Source: Candidatus Omnitrophota bacterium
GTDB lineage: Bacteria; Omnitrophota; Gorgyraeia; Zapsychrales; JANLHA01
Reading direction: 5' to 3'
DNA: 64,000 nucleotides
NCBI GenBank assembly: GCA_038222225.1
Contig: JBBRHV010000004.1
Coordinates: forward strand, 6,778-70,777
Below, one piece after another: positions 32,008-41,919 of the stretch. Position numbers and translations under genes: made by a program. Numbering within the stretch: position 1 is the first letter of the stretch; each line of letters starts with the position of its first letter. The notes beneath the pieces are model-generated. The model had not been told where the DNA came from, made no database searches, and worked only from the letters and a program-made list of their open reading frames with translations.

Positions 32008-32570
32008 TTCTGAATCCTTTCAACATATTGACCGTTTCGAGTATCAATGCGTATCCAATCTCCCTGGTTAATAAATAACGGGACCTGAACCATGGCGCCT
32101 GTTTCAATCTGCGCTGGTTTTGTTCCAGCGCGCGAAGAATCACCCTTAACGCCCGGTTCTGCGTAAGTGATTTCTGCTTCAATAAAGTTCGGCAAAACAA
32201 TTCTTAACGTCTTATTCTCATACACAAGCCCAATAATTTCAAGATTTTCCAACAGAAACTTCGCCGCATCCCCAACCATGTCCGCTGAAATCTCGCTTTG
32301 TTCATAGCTGCCTAAATTCATTAAATGAAATGAATCTCCAGAATGATACAAAAACTGCATTTTATGTTCTTCCAGCATAACATCATCAAGCTTATCTGCT
32401 GTTTTAAAAGTCCTCTCCAAAACCGCATCTGTTTTAATATTTTTGACCTTTACACGGGCAAACGCGCTTCCTTTGCCGGGCTTAACATGGGTATAGTCCA
32501 CCACCATATAAATTTCCCCGTCAATCTTTAATCCCTGCCCAGTTGTAAGTTGATTGATTGTGATTGTCAT
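32004..32570 (-). CDS. efp: elongation factor P
   Basis: 188 aa; KPGKGSAFARVKVKN loop with the conserved Lys. Confidence 0.93.
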   Translation of the reverse strand: MTITINQLTTGQGLKIDGEIYMVVDYTHVKPGKGSAFARVKVKNIKTDAVLERTFKTADKLDDVMLEEHKMQFLYHSGDSFHLMNLGSYEQSEISADMVGDAAKFLLENLEIIGLVYENKTLRIVLPNFIEAEITYAEPGVKGDSSRAGTKPAQIETGAMVQVPLFINQGDWIRIDTRNGQYVERIQK

Positions 32571-32594
32571 CGGATCCCTTCTAATACTATTTAC

Positions 32595-33674
32595 TTATTT
32601 CAATAAAAAAGGATGTGACGAAAGCAGTGACTGACTTAAAACCTCACATCCGTGATCTGTAACCAAAACCATATCTTCAATACGAATACCGAATTTGTTC
32701 TTCAAATAAACACCCGGCTCAACCGTCACAACCATTCCCGCCTGCAGACGCTCGGGACTTTTCACGGAAAGCCGTGGCGGCTCATGGATCTCAAGCCCCA
32801 CCCCATGGCCCAATGAATGCGTGAAATGTTTCTCTAACCCTTGTTTTTTCAAAGACTTTCGTGCTGCTTCATCCACCGCCGAAACCAATACGCCATCTTT
32901 AATGCCCTTCAAGGCTTCTTGCTGAGCCTCATAGACAGCCCGATAAACCCGTTCGACAGAAGGAGCTATTGTACCGAAAACAAAAATACGTGTCAAGTCA
33001 GACTTATATCCATTTATTTCCATGCCCATGTCAACGAGTAAAATATCCTTGGCAAGAATCCGGCGGTCCGTAATCTGCGCATGGGGAAAAGTCGAATTTG
33101 GTCCCGAAGCAATAATAGGATTAAAGGCAAACTCAATATTGTGTTTGCGGGAAAAATCCGAAAGCTTTGCAAGCACATCCCGCTCCCTCATTCCGGGATG
33201 AAGCACCCGCCTGAGATACTGATAGGCCTTTATATTCAAAGCCAGGGCGTGTTTGATTTCAGCTAATTCTCCAGGATCCTTAAGAATCCTCAATCTTTCC
33301 AGCACGCCGTTCATGGCAATCAAGCGCACGCCCTTAGGCATATAGGCTTTCAGCTCCTTCAAAGCGAAAACACTGAAATGCCTCTCATCAAAACCGATCC
33401 GCTTCAAAGACCGTCCCGCGATCCACTGGCACAACTCTTTACGTAACGGCTGCCGGCTCTCTTTTACCGTGATCCCTTTTAAATGTTTCCGGGCTTCCTG
33501 AGCATAACGGGAATCGGTAAAAAAATAAGCTCGCGCACAATCCACCAGAAGCCAGGATTCCTGGGCATGAAACCCGGTCAAATACCGGATATCCGCATCA
33601 TGCACGACTAAATAGGCATCAAGATTTCTTTTCGAAAAGCATCGACGGAATTTTTGAATACGCGTATAAGACAT
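32595..33674 (-). CDS. M24 family Xaa-Pro aminopeptidase
   Basis: HSLGHGVGLEIHEPP metal-binding motif; first ATG at 33674 (MSYTRIQKF). Confidence 0.85.
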   Translation of the reverse strand: MSYTRIQKFRRCFSKRNLDAYLVVHDADIRYLTGFHAQESWLLVDCARAYFFTDSRYAQEARKHLKGITVKESRQPLRKELCQWIAGRSLKRIGFDERHFSVFALKELKAYMPKGVRLIAMNGVLERLRILKDPGELAEIKHALALNIKAYQYLRRVLHPGMRERDVLAKLSDFSRKHNIEFAFNPIIASGPNSTFPHAQITDRRILAKDILLVDMGMEINGYKSDLTRIFVFGTIAPSVERVYRAVYEAQQEALKGIKDGVLVSAVDEAARKSLKKQGLEKHFTHSLGHGVGLEIHEPPRLSVKSPERLQAGMVVTVEPGVYLKNKFGIRIEDMVLVTDHGCEVLSQSLLSSHPFLLK

Positions 33675-33737
33675 GGAAAAAAACAGAAAAACCAACCCTC
33701 TCAAGATCAATGGATTGGCTTATGTTGACCTTATATT

Positions 33738-34175
33738 TTATGAAATTAATCCAATAATTGCCTCAAGTCCCAGAATATAACTATCAACCCCAAATCCGCT
33801 GATCTGTCCGTAGGCAACCGGAGCGATCAAAGACTTCTGACGGAATTCTTCGCGCGCATGAATATTCGATAAATGAACTTCCACTGTCGGCAATTCAACG
33901 GCAGCCACCGCATCGCGAATGGCCACGCTCGTGTGGGTGTAGGCCGCAGGATTGATCAAGATCGCAGCAAACCCTTGCTTTTTTGCCTGACCGATCTTAT
34001 CCACAATGTCCCCTTCATGGTTGGACTGTAAAATCTCCAATTCAATATCTGAATCTGACGCCAATTCTTTCAAACATTCATTAATGCCCTCAAGCGTCAT
34101 GTCGCCATAAATATTTTTTTCACGTTCTCCCAAAAGGTTTAAATTAGGACCGTGAATAACCAGAACTTTCGACAT
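33738..34175 (-). CDS. aroQ: type II 3-dehydroquinate dehydratase
   Basis: [19 protein letters not shown]...; ATG at 34175. Its start overlaps the ycaR stop. Confidence 0.9.
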   Translation of the reverse strand: MSKVLVIHGPNLNLLGEREKNIYGDMTLEGINECLKELASDSDIELEILQSNHEGDIVDKIGQAKKQGFAAILINPAAYTHTSVAIRDAVAAVELPTVEVHLSNIHAREEFRQKSLIAPVAYGQISGFGVDSYILGLEAIIGLIS

Positions 34176-34177
34176 AA

Positions 34178-34342
34178 TCAAATCTCCTTTGATCGCGTAG
34201 CTTCTTCAATAAGAAGAATCGGAATTCCGTCATCGATACGATAGTTTAACCCGCATCCTTCACACAGTAATGATTGGTCCTTTTGGGCCAAATCCCCATG
34301 ACAGCTCGGGCATGCCAGAATTTCTAAAAGCTTAGGATCCAT
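34178..34342 (-). CDS. ycaR: Trm112/YcaR (UPF0434) zinc-ribbon mini-protein, 54 aa
   Basis: Not in the ORF track (below the size cut-off). Minus-strand [54 protein letters not shown], matching the YcaR pattern CPxC...CxxC...YPI-DGIP. Confidence 0.75.
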   Translation of the reverse strand: MDPKLLEILACPSCHGDLAQKDQSLLCEGCGLNYRIDDGIPILLIEEATRSKEI

Positions 34343-34700
34343 GAATCACGCTCCCCTTATTTTGTGACTCATTCACGATCTCCACATATTTCAGTTGGAG
34401 CTCATAGACCGACGCGTTCAAAAGGTCTTCTTCGTCTTTCGCAAGATTGCCTTTGGTTTTTTCTTTCAGAATCGCCAGTGTATCTATGAGAAGACGCGCC
34501 TGGGGCAGATCAACCTCAACCTGATTGTCGTTCATCGGGTTGCCGATGATTCCCAGAAAAATCAACGCCTGCATGGAAAGGCTGGTAATGTAGGCCTTAA
34601 AATTAAATTCCGGCAAATCCGCCATGTGATGGTCATACACCTCTTTTTCTTGATTGGAATGTTCTTTCCAGGATTGATCAACCGACTTTTCCACTGACAT
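34332..34700 (-). CDS. DUF1844-family protein
   Basis: ADLPEFNFKAYITSLSMQALIFLGIIGNP...VDLPQARLLIDTLAILKEKTKGNL. ATG at 34700 with AAGGAG 5 nt upstream. Confidence 0.65.
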   Translation of the reverse strand: MSVEKSVDQSWKEHSNQEKEVYDHHMADLPEFNFKAYITSLSMQALIFLGIIGNPMNDNQVEVDLPQARLLIDTLAILKEKTKGNLAKDEEDLLNASVYELQLKYVEIVNESQNKGSVIHGS

Positions 34701-34896
34701 ATACACTCCTTCTATATATTTAATAAGATAAGGTAGAATAGCAAACTTAAAATGAGGTGTCAAATGGTGTCAGAAAAAACACATCACGAGAGGGTTTCTT
34801 TCATAAAACACGCTCCGCCAGGCCCTCCAAAAAAATAGGAAAACACTTTCATTCTCAAAAGAACTTTTCTATAATATCGTGGAATTCAAAAATACG

Positions 34897-35835
34897 ATGC
34901 TCCTACTTTACTCAACCTATAATTCATCGGATGATGATCCGGCAACCCTTGGGCTGTTCATGGTCATTGGCGGGGTTGTCGGGTTTTTCTTTGGCTTCAA
35001 CCGCCTCAAACGCAAACGCATGATCGAAAACATCCCTACGTCCACGGTCCGCGGTATGGCCATGGGAGAAGTAGAGCTCATCGGTCAAGCCGAACCTTAT
35101 CAACGCCCGCTTACGGGGCCATTCAGCAATTCTCCCTGTGTTTATTATAAATATCGAATCGAAGAATACCGCTCAAGCAAAAACAGTTCCCGCTGGGTCA
35201 CAATCTCCAAGGGTGACAGCGCGGCCTCTCCCTTCTATTTGAAGGATGAAACCGGCCGCGTCCTGGTCGCACCGGCCAAAGCGGAAATGCTCATTAATCA
35301 AAAGTTCCAGACTGAACACATGAGTTCACAGATCGAACATTTTTTAACCAGTTCCGACTGCAAGCCCCGAGGATTGTTCGGATTTGCACGGCGCCTGCGT
35401 TTTACCGAATGGCATATTCAACCCGATGAAACAACCTACGTGCTGGGGTTCGCCCAAAAGAATCAAAATTTCCTGCAAGAACAGCAGAACAAATTGCGCC
35501 AGCTCCTTGAAGAGGTGAAAAAAGATAAAGACCTCATGCTGCAGTTTGACCTGAACAAAGACGGCGAGATCAGCCAGGAAGAATGGGACCTGGCGGTCAC
35601 CGGGCTGGAGCACAAGCTCCTCGAAGACCTTGCCCAAAAGGCCTCAACGCATCAAGAGCAGACAGACATCGTCATCGCCTTCAACCCCAACAGCCGGATC
35701 TTTATGATTTCAGATAGAGGACAAAAAGAACTTCTAACCAAACTGAACTGGCAATGCGGATTGGGGATTTACGGAGGAGCGGCCGGCGTGATCATCGGAC
35801 TGCTCATTTTAGTGCTTCGCTTTAACCTCTTTTAA
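34897..35835 (+). CDS. GIDE-domain membrane protein with an EF-hand Ca-binding loop (LemA partner)
   Basis: N-terminal and C-terminal TM helices; GIDE-like core STVRGMAMGEVELIGQAEPYQRPLTGPFSNSPCVYYKY; canonical EF loop DLNKDGEISQEE. ATG at 34897 (the track starts at a GTG at 34879). Confidence 0.6.
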   Translation: MLLLYSTYNSSDDDPATLGLFMVIGGVVGFFFGFNRLKRKRMIENIPTSTVRGMAMGEVELIGQAEPYQRPLTGPFSNSPCVYYKYRIEEYRSSKNSSRWVTISKGDSAASPFYLKDETGRVLVAPAKAEMLINQKFQTEHMSSQIEHFLTSSDCKPRGLFGFARRLRFTEWHIQPDETTYVLGFAQKNQNFLQEQQNKLRQLLEEVKKDKDLMLQFDLNKDGEISQEEWDLAVTGLEHKLLEDLAQKASTHQEQTDIVIAFNPNSRIFMISDRGQKELLTKLNWQCGLGIYGGAAGVIIGLLILVLRFNLF

Positions 35836-35854
35836 AACACGAAAGGATACACCT

Positions 35855-36424
35855 ATGGGAATTATTGTTTTTGCTGTTTTTCTTCTCTTGATCCTTGGAA
35901 GCATCATGTATTTTGTGACGATCTACAACGGCCTGATCGTTCTCTCGCGCAACATCGACAAGTCTTGGGCCAACATCGACGTGCTCTTAAAACAGCGCCA
36001 TGATGAGATTCCTAAACTGATCAAGGTTTGCGAAGGATACATGAAATATGAACGCGAAACGCTCGAGAAGATCACGCTTGCCCGCACCGCCTGTATCAAT
36101 GCCTCATCAGTGGCTGATTCATCCAAGGCTGAAGGGGAACTGAGCGGCCTGCTCAAAAACCTTTTCGCTGTAGCGGAAAACTATCCAGACCTTAAGGCCA
36201 ACAGCAATTTTAATCAGCTGCAGCAGAGAGTCAGCTACCTGGAAAGCCAGATCGCCGACCGGCGGGAAATGTTCAACGAATCGGTGAACGCCTACAATAT
36301 CCGCATCGCGCAGATCCCGGATGTGATGGTGGCCAACATGCTGAATATGAAACCCAAAGAACTGTTCCAGATTTCGGCTGAAGACCGAAAAGATGTGGAT
36401 ATCAGCTTTAACTTTCCTTCATAA
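35855..36424 (+). CDS. lemA: LemA family protein
   Basis: N-terminal TM helix plus conserved LemA regions (NIDKSWANIDVLLKQRHDEIP, NFNQLQQRVSYLESQIADRREMFNESVNAYN). AAAGGA upstream. Confidence 0.85.
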   Translation: MGIIVFAVFLLLILGSIMYFVTIYNGLIVLSRNIDKSWANIDVLLKQRHDEIPKLIKVCEGYMKYERETLEKITLARTACINASSVADSSKAEGELSGLLKNLFAVAENYPDLKANSNFNQLQQRVSYLESQIADRREMFNESVNAYNIRIAQIPDVMVANMLNMKPKELFQISAEDRKDVDISFNFPS

Positions 36425-36438
36425 TCAGTAGAAAGACC

Positions 36439-36468
36439 AAGGGCGCAGTGAATATTCACTGCGCCCTT
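36439..36468. repeat. perfect 30-bp palindrome between convergent lemA and the DUF302 gene
   Basis: AAGGGCGCAGTGAAT|ATTCACTGCGCCCTT, 15-bp arms with no spacer and no flanking T/A runs. Confidence 0.7.
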
Positions 36469-36479
36469 CGCATACTATC

Positions 36480-36941
36480 CTAGGCCATGACCACACTCAA
36501 AATCGCGTCTTCTTCTTTTCCTACGTGCTGCCCCATCACCTTGGCGATCACGCCTCCAAACATTTTTCCCATCAAAGTCGTGTTCATCTTTGAAACGTAG
36601 ACCTGGCCGTCCCGCGCCTCCCAGACGGAAAACGCGCAGGGCATCAAACACGCAATAAAACGGTTGGATTGAACACTCAAGATCTCTGACGCATACAGCG
36701 CCTTGCATAAGGCCAGGTTGGCAATTCTGAAATCTGCCGCCACCCCTTTTTTCCTCAGATCCTCATGAATCATCCAGGTGCTTTTATGCGCCCACCCGTG
36801 ATTGACAATGGACTGCTCCAAACTCTTAATGGTCTCTTCAAAGCCAAACCGGCTGCGGCAAGTTCTAAACATCAATTTGGGCATTGAGAGCCACACAACA
36901 ACCCCCACCAACACAACCCCGATCAATAATGATCCGATCAT
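36480..36941 (-). CDS. membrane-anchored DUF302-like protein
   Basis: N-terminal TM helix MIGSLLIGVVLVGVVVWL; remainder compatible with the DUF302 fold. Family call is tentative. Confidence 0.45.
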   Translation of the reverse strand: MIGSLLIGVVLVGVVVWLSMPKLMFRTCRSRFGFEETIKSLEQSIVNHGWAHKSTWMIHEDLRKKGVAADFRIANLALCKALYASEILSVQSNRFIACLMPCAFSVWEARDGQVYVSKMNTTLMGKMFGGVIAKVMGQHVGKEEDAILSVVMA

Positions 36942-36985
36942 GATTTTTCCTTTCTAAGACAATTACCGACAATATGTTATTTTCC

Positions 36986-37180
36986 TTAATTGGGCCTAAA
37001 CCCCAGGAGCGGCATCTCCTGATACCAAACAATAAGACTGGCCACTGCCGCATACAGCGTAAATATAGCGGCGAGCAGAATAAGAAGCTTCGTCCATTTT
37101 GCGCGTTCTCTTCCTTCACATAACACCTGAATGGAGCGCATCGCGATGTAACATCCGATCGCAAAAAACGTATAATTCAT
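36986..37180 (-). CDS. small two-helix membrane protein (possibly DUF2892/YgaP-like)
   Basis: 64 aa with two hydrophobic helices; family call tentative. Confidence 0.3.
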   Translation of the reverse strand: MNYTFFAIGCYIAMRSIQVLCEGRERAKWTKLLILLAAIFTLYAAVASLIVWYQEMPLLGFRPN

Positions 37181-37256
37181 TTCCCCCTCCTGTTGTATCG
37201 TGTCAAATTAGGGCATTCAGAACATATACAAATTCGGCCAAATGAAATATGACCTC

Positions 37257-38555
37257 TTAAAAACTATATCGAAACCGCACATAGACGTTTTTATTTTGCT
37301 TCATCATCCCGAATTCCGTGATCTCATCCTCTCCCCACGGAATGTTGGCCCCCAAGGTCGCTTTCCATTGGTCGCTGATGTCATAACTCACGCTCGGACG
37401 CACATACCCGTCTTTATCAGAAGGGGAATAAAAATTAAACAGCGATGCCTGCACGGTTTGATTGCGGAACAGTTTTATGACCCGCTGGGTCAGGACATGC
37501 CGGTATTGATCAAACACATAATCCGCAGGAAGTAAATTGTTTCTATAAGCCCCGTAATCCAAGCGCTGTTCATACTGATATTGAACTCCCACTCGCAGGT
37601 CATTGCCGAGATCTTTCGAATATCCGGCTAAAGCCTTGAACATGGAATTCTCGATCAGGCGATTTCTTCCATCGGAATCTTCCCGGGAATCATAATACCC
37701 GACTTCAATATTTCCAATACCGCTTGCAAACGGCCCCCGAATACTTGATCCGTAAGCATCCAGCCGGCGGTAAAACAGCTGACGATTGGCTTCATTTTTA
37801 TAACTGTTGGGGTTCTTATCAAAACCCCGAAAATAATACAAGGCAACTTCATTGCTACCCAAGTTACGGTAATATCTCAATGCATACTCAAGATTAGAAA
37901 GCTGGTTCGACGGCTCCAGCAGATCCCTGTCTGAGTCCACCCCGGAGATTCCGCCTTGAAAACTATTAAAAAAAGACAGCCGGTCACCCTTAGCGGTGGT
38001 GTTAGGTTCAAAGGCCATCACGATCATGTCAAGGTTTCCGACGTCCTGAAACAACGACACCTTCACCGCATCCGAGGGTTTTTTCAAATACTCATCATCC
38101 CTTCCGACAAAGAACGACACATAATCTTTGGGAAACAAGTCATTCACAAAAAGATAATCCCCGGTTCCCCAGGTCAACACCTGCCGCCCGGCTTTGAGGT
38201 CAACCGAGTCAAAGGGCCGCAGAGAAACATTGAGCTCCCGTAATTCGAAAGCAGTTTTGCCGCCGAAATATCCATCCAGCAGAAAGTCGCCCTTAAAATT
38301 CAGCGACGTCCCTTTATCTACGAAATAGTTTTCCCCCTCAATGTAATAGGTGGTCTTCAGCTGCGCCCGGGTTTCCAGAAGATTGAACTCATCATGCTTG
38401 GTGTCATCAGCCGTCAATCTTTGTCCATAGGCACCTTCCCAGAACCCGTGGATCTGCGGCGCGGTCAGGGCATCTGCCTTAACCGGAAAGATGCCGAGCA
38501 CAAAACATGAAACCGTAAGAAATACTGCTCTACCCTTGCTCATGGGCGCGTCCAT
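37257..38555 (-). CDS. outer-membrane beta-barrel protein (DUF1302-like)
   Basis: Signal peptide; alternating beta-strand pattern; C-terminal ...YVRFRYSF with a terminal Phe. Confidence 0.55.
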   Translation of the reverse strand: MDAPMSKGRAVFLTVSCFVLGIFPVKADALTAPQIHGFWEGAYGQRLTADDTKHDEFNLLETRAQLKTTYYIEGENYFVDKGTSLNFKGDFLLDGYFGGKTAFELRELNVSLRPFDSVDLKAGRQVLTWGTGDYLFVNDLFPKDYVSFFVGRDDEYLKKPSDAVKVSLFQDVGNLDMIVMAFEPNTTAKGDRLSFFNSFQGGISGVDSDRDLLEPSNQLSNLEYALRYYRNLGSNEVALYYFRGFDKNPNSYKNEANRQLFYRRLDAYGSSIRGPFASGIGNIEVGYYDSREDSDGRNRLIENSMFKALAGYSKDLGNDLRVGVQYQYEQRLDYGAYRNNLLPADYVFDQYRHVLTQRVIKLFRNQTVQASLFNFYSPSDKDGYVRPSVSYDISDQWKATLGANIPWGEDEITEFGMMKQNKNVYVRFRYSF

Positions 38556-39337
38556 TTCGCCGGCGCTTGACGCAAATAGCGTTCCGCGAAAATATCCGTC
38601 TCCAAACCCACATCATACTGCACGTTCTCAAAAACCATCTCGGTGGTGCCGTTTCGCTGGACATCCTGAGCAACTGAGCGCACCACCGTGGGATTGCCCT
38701 GGACATCCTTCACCTCTTTGACCTCGATCTGACGAACGAGTTCATTCTTATCATTATAATATTCCGCCTTCATCGGCATAAAATTGACCTTGTCGATCCA
38801 GACAAAATAATAAGCAAATTCCACGCCCGCTGTTTCCTTAGGAGTGTTCTTGATCTTATAGGCTGTGTCGGTCGTTTCCACCAGTTCATGCGTATCTACC
38901 TCCAAACTTCGCCCCGAGACATCTTCATACACAAAATGCGACCCGACAAAACTCGACCGTTTATCCGTGGCCGCGATCCGGCGGACCAGATCTAAGGCCG
39001 GCAAATACAGCCAGCGGTCATCATCCTGCCCGAAATGTTTCCACACCATGAACACCATTTTCGAAACATCAGCCGGTTTAAAAAAATACACATAATATTT
39101 TTGTTCTCCTCCGTCCTCTTCATCATAGCGCAGGATCCGCAGCTGACGTTCACGCGTGCGGCCCTGGGAATCGGTAATCGTCATCTTGACATCCGCCACC
39201 CCGTCCTTTCCGGCATAATAAGCTACCAGATTGGCGCGCTTAACAATGTCCTCCACCGACATCTCTTGCGCAGACACCGCTTGGGCGCCTAAACTCAACA
39301 GCGTTGCCATAAAAACAATCGGAATCATCTTTTTCAT
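38540..39337 (-). CDS. LolA-like outer membrane lipoprotein-sorting protein
   Basis: Signal peptide MKKMIPIVFMATLLSLGAQAVSA. ATG at 39337 with GGAGG upstream. Placed between the RND gene and the OM barrel gene. Confidence 0.55.
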   Translation of the reverse strand: MKKMIPIVFMATLLSLGAQAVSAQEMSVEDIVKRANLVAYYAGKDGVADVKMTITDSQGRTRERQLRILRYDEEDGGEQKYYVYFFKPADVSKMVFMVWKHFGQDDDRWLYLPALDLVRRIAATDKRSSFVGSHFVYEDVSGRSLEVDTHELVETTDTAYKIKNTPKETAGVEFAYYFVWIDKVNFMPMKAEYYNDKNELVRQIEVKEVKDVQGNPTVVRSVAQDVQRNGTTEMVFENVQYDVGLETDIFAERYLRQAPAKWTRP

Positions 39338-41859
39338 TTCTCCCCCTCCTGGGTCAAACATATTTTACGCTTCGAACTGAAAAAACAAATGGCAGCTCCG
39401 GCCGCCACCACCGCGATGCTGATGAAGACCGTCAACGGCCAGGACAAAATCGAATAACCGAGCAGCACATAGACCACGGCCACCGCCACAAAGACCGAAA
39501 CCAGCACGCATTGCCCGCAATGACAGCTCATGCCCTTCTCATGATGCTCAAAAATCATGACCGGCTTAAATGAAATCAGGGCCGGTATAATGAACAAAGT
39601 CGCTACACTAGAGACAGCCATGATCGCGAACATAAAAAATCCAACTGTCTTATACGGAACCAGAGGCGCGGCCAACAACGGCAAAAATCCGATCGCTACG
39701 ACCAGCGCGTTTCGGACGATCGCTCTGCCCGGCCCTTTAAACATTTCATCAGCGGTTTTTTCCCAATCGTTGTTTGTATCATGGATCTCGATCGCCCGCT
39801 GAATAAAGTGGATCGCGAAATCGATCGACAATCCTAAAGTCAGAGCCGACAGCACCGCCACCGGCATATCATAATCTTTCCCAATCAACCCTAAAAGACC
39901 GTAAATAAAGAGAATCGTGACCGTGAGCGGGATCATGGAGATCAGCGCTTTCACCGGTGAACGGAACAAAACCAGCATCATAAACAGCACAATAACAAAA
40001 CTCCCCAAAAAATTTACCAGCATCCCTCCGACCATATTATTTTGCCAGACAACGTTGATATATGTCTTTCCCGCCCAGTTGTAGGTAAGGGCGAACGGCG
40101 GCGGGCTCTTCTCGATATACGCATTGGTAAACTGAACCACCTTGCTCATGTCTTTGTTGTCCCCGCTTCGAAGCTGCAGCCACAGGTTGAGCTTGGAATA
40201 ATCCGGCGTCACCAAATGCCAGAGGTCATCGGGTTTGTGAGAATTTTCAAACGAGATCAAGGTCTGGGCTATGGCCGGCTGTGAATCCGGAATGACCGAG
40301 TTTAATTTATCCCCACCGAGCAGCTCATAATAAATCTTTTTAACCATGTCAGCCAACGATAGGGATTTTCCTACCAATCCACTGTTCTGCAAAGCCTGCT
40401 GCAAGGTTTCGATATAGCGCAACATCTCCGGTTTGGTAAAAACCTCCTGCTCTTTGTCTTTGGACTCAAAAACCACATACGCTTGATAAGTTCCGGCAAA
40501 ATGTTTATTTAAGATGCGGTCAGCCACGCGGATCGGATGCTTGGCCGTAAACCAGCGCACCGGATTATCATTGACTTGAATACGGGTGACTCCATAGATC
40601 GAAACACCGATCAACAGAACTGTGACCATTAAAATGGCCTTGTAGTGCTTCACACCCATGGTCTTTGTAAATAACAGAAAACGGTCTAAAAGATGATGTT
40701 TCTCATTCTCCTGCGGAGCAACCCGACCGAAACTTTCTAGCGATTTCTCCTTGATCAACATCACATACGCCGGAACAAATACGATCGTGAGTACCCATGC
40801 GATCATGACCCCAATGGCCACATACACGCCAAACACCTGCACCGGCGGAATTGGCGAGAACGACAGAGAAAAAAACCCGACCGCTGAGGTGAGACTGGTA
40901 AAAAGCATCGGGCTGAACAGTTCATCCATCACAAAACGGATCGTCTTCTCCCGGTCTTTAAACTTCTGGTATTTATCGAAAAATTCACTTAAGATATGCA
41001 CCGAATCCAAAACCGAGATCGGCATCAGAAAGATCGGAATCATGGAACTCATGATATGAACCGGAAACCCGCATCCGATCATCAGCCCCATGGTCATCGC
41101 GACCGTCGCCAGGGCCACTAGCATCGGCGCCACGATTAGCAGGATCGATTTAAAAAATGACCACATCAACAGAAAAATAACCAACCCTGCCAACGGAGCT
41201 GAAATCGCCATTTGCTTGAACATCTCCGCGCCGAATTGATCCTCAGCCACCGGCAAACCCGTAATATAGTAGTTCTCTTCTCCTTTATACTGCACGGTCG
41301 TGGCGCGGATCTTTTGCGCCACTTCATAACTTAATGTCTTATCCTTGATCGGAATGTAGAGCGCCATCATCTTTCCGTCTTCGGAAACAATGGTTCCGGC
41401 AAACATTGGATGGCTCTCGGCCGCAGCGCGAATGGCAATCGCCTCTTGTTCAGTTTTAGGCGGCGCATCCATCAGCCATTTGAATTTCACCGCGCCGATA
41501 CCATCCTGCTCAATATTGTCTTTCGTTGAAGGGGCCATCAGTTCATAGGCGATCACCCCATCAAGATCTTTGATTTTGTTGGTCAGCTCATAGATCTTTG
41601 TTAATGTCGCGACATTGAACACCCCGTTAGGGTTTTGGTCATTAACGATCCCTAAGACCACAAAATCATAAAGGCTGAATTCTTTTTTCATCTGCTTGTC
41701 AAAGATGCGGACCGGTGCCTTGGCCGGAAGCATGTTCTCAGGATCTGTGTCGATCTTGATCTTGGTAAATTGCACAAGCGAAAGCGCCACCGCAATCGCA
41801 GTAATTGCCATCACCCATTTAGGTTTTCGAATGGCTGCTGAAATCAACTTTTGGATCAT
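39334..41859 (-). CDS. MMPL/RND-superfamily exporter (HpnN-like, two sterol-sensing-type TM bundles)
   Basis: 841 aa; two 6-TM bundles separated by periplasmic domains; extra C-terminal TM segment containing CHCGQC. Confidence 0.8.
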   Translation of the reverse strand: MIQKLISAAIRKPKWVMAITAIAVALSLVQFTKIKIDTDPENMLPAKAPVRIFDKQMKKEFSLYDFVVLGIVNDQNPNGVFNVATLTKIYELTNKIKDLDGVIAYELMAPSTKDNIEQDGIGAVKFKWLMDAPPKTEQEAIAIRAAAESHPMFAGTIVSEDGKMMALYIPIKDKTLSYEVAQKIRATTVQYKGEENYYITGLPVAEDQFGAEMFKQMAISAPLAGLVIFLLMWSFFKSILLIVAPMLVALATVAMTMGLMIGCGFPVHIMSSMIPIFLMPISVLDSVHILSEFFDKYQKFKDREKTIRFVMDELFSPMLFTSLTSAVGFFSLSFSPIPPVQVFGVYVAIGVMIAWVLTIVFVPAYVMLIKEKSLESFGRVAPQENEKHHLLDRFLLFTKTMGVKHYKAILMVTVLLIGVSIYGVTRIQVNDNPVRWFTAKHPIRVADRILNKHFAGTYQAYVVFESKDKEQEVFTKPEMLRYIETLQQALQNSGLVGKSLSLADMVKKIYYELLGGDKLNSVIPDSQPAIAQTLISFENSHKPDDLWHLVTPDYSKLNLWLQLRSGDNKDMSKVVQFTNAYIEKSPPPFALTYNWAGKTYINVVWQNNMVGGMLVNFLGSFVIVLFMMLVLFRSPVKALISMIPLTVTILFIYGLLGLIGKDYDMPVAVLSALTLGLSIDFAIHFIQRAIEIHDTNNDWEKTADEMFKGPGRAIVRNALVVAIGFLPLLAAPLVPYKTVGFFMFAIMAVSSVATLFIIPALISFKPVMIFEHHEKGMSCHCGQCVLVSVFVAVAVVYVLLGYSILSWPLTVFISIAVVAAGAAICFFSSKRKICLTQEGEK

Positions 41860-41919
41860 TTCCCTCTCCTTGCAGGCATATAAACTCCTGCGGTATAAAT
41901 CCTCCCCCTCCTGAAAAAA

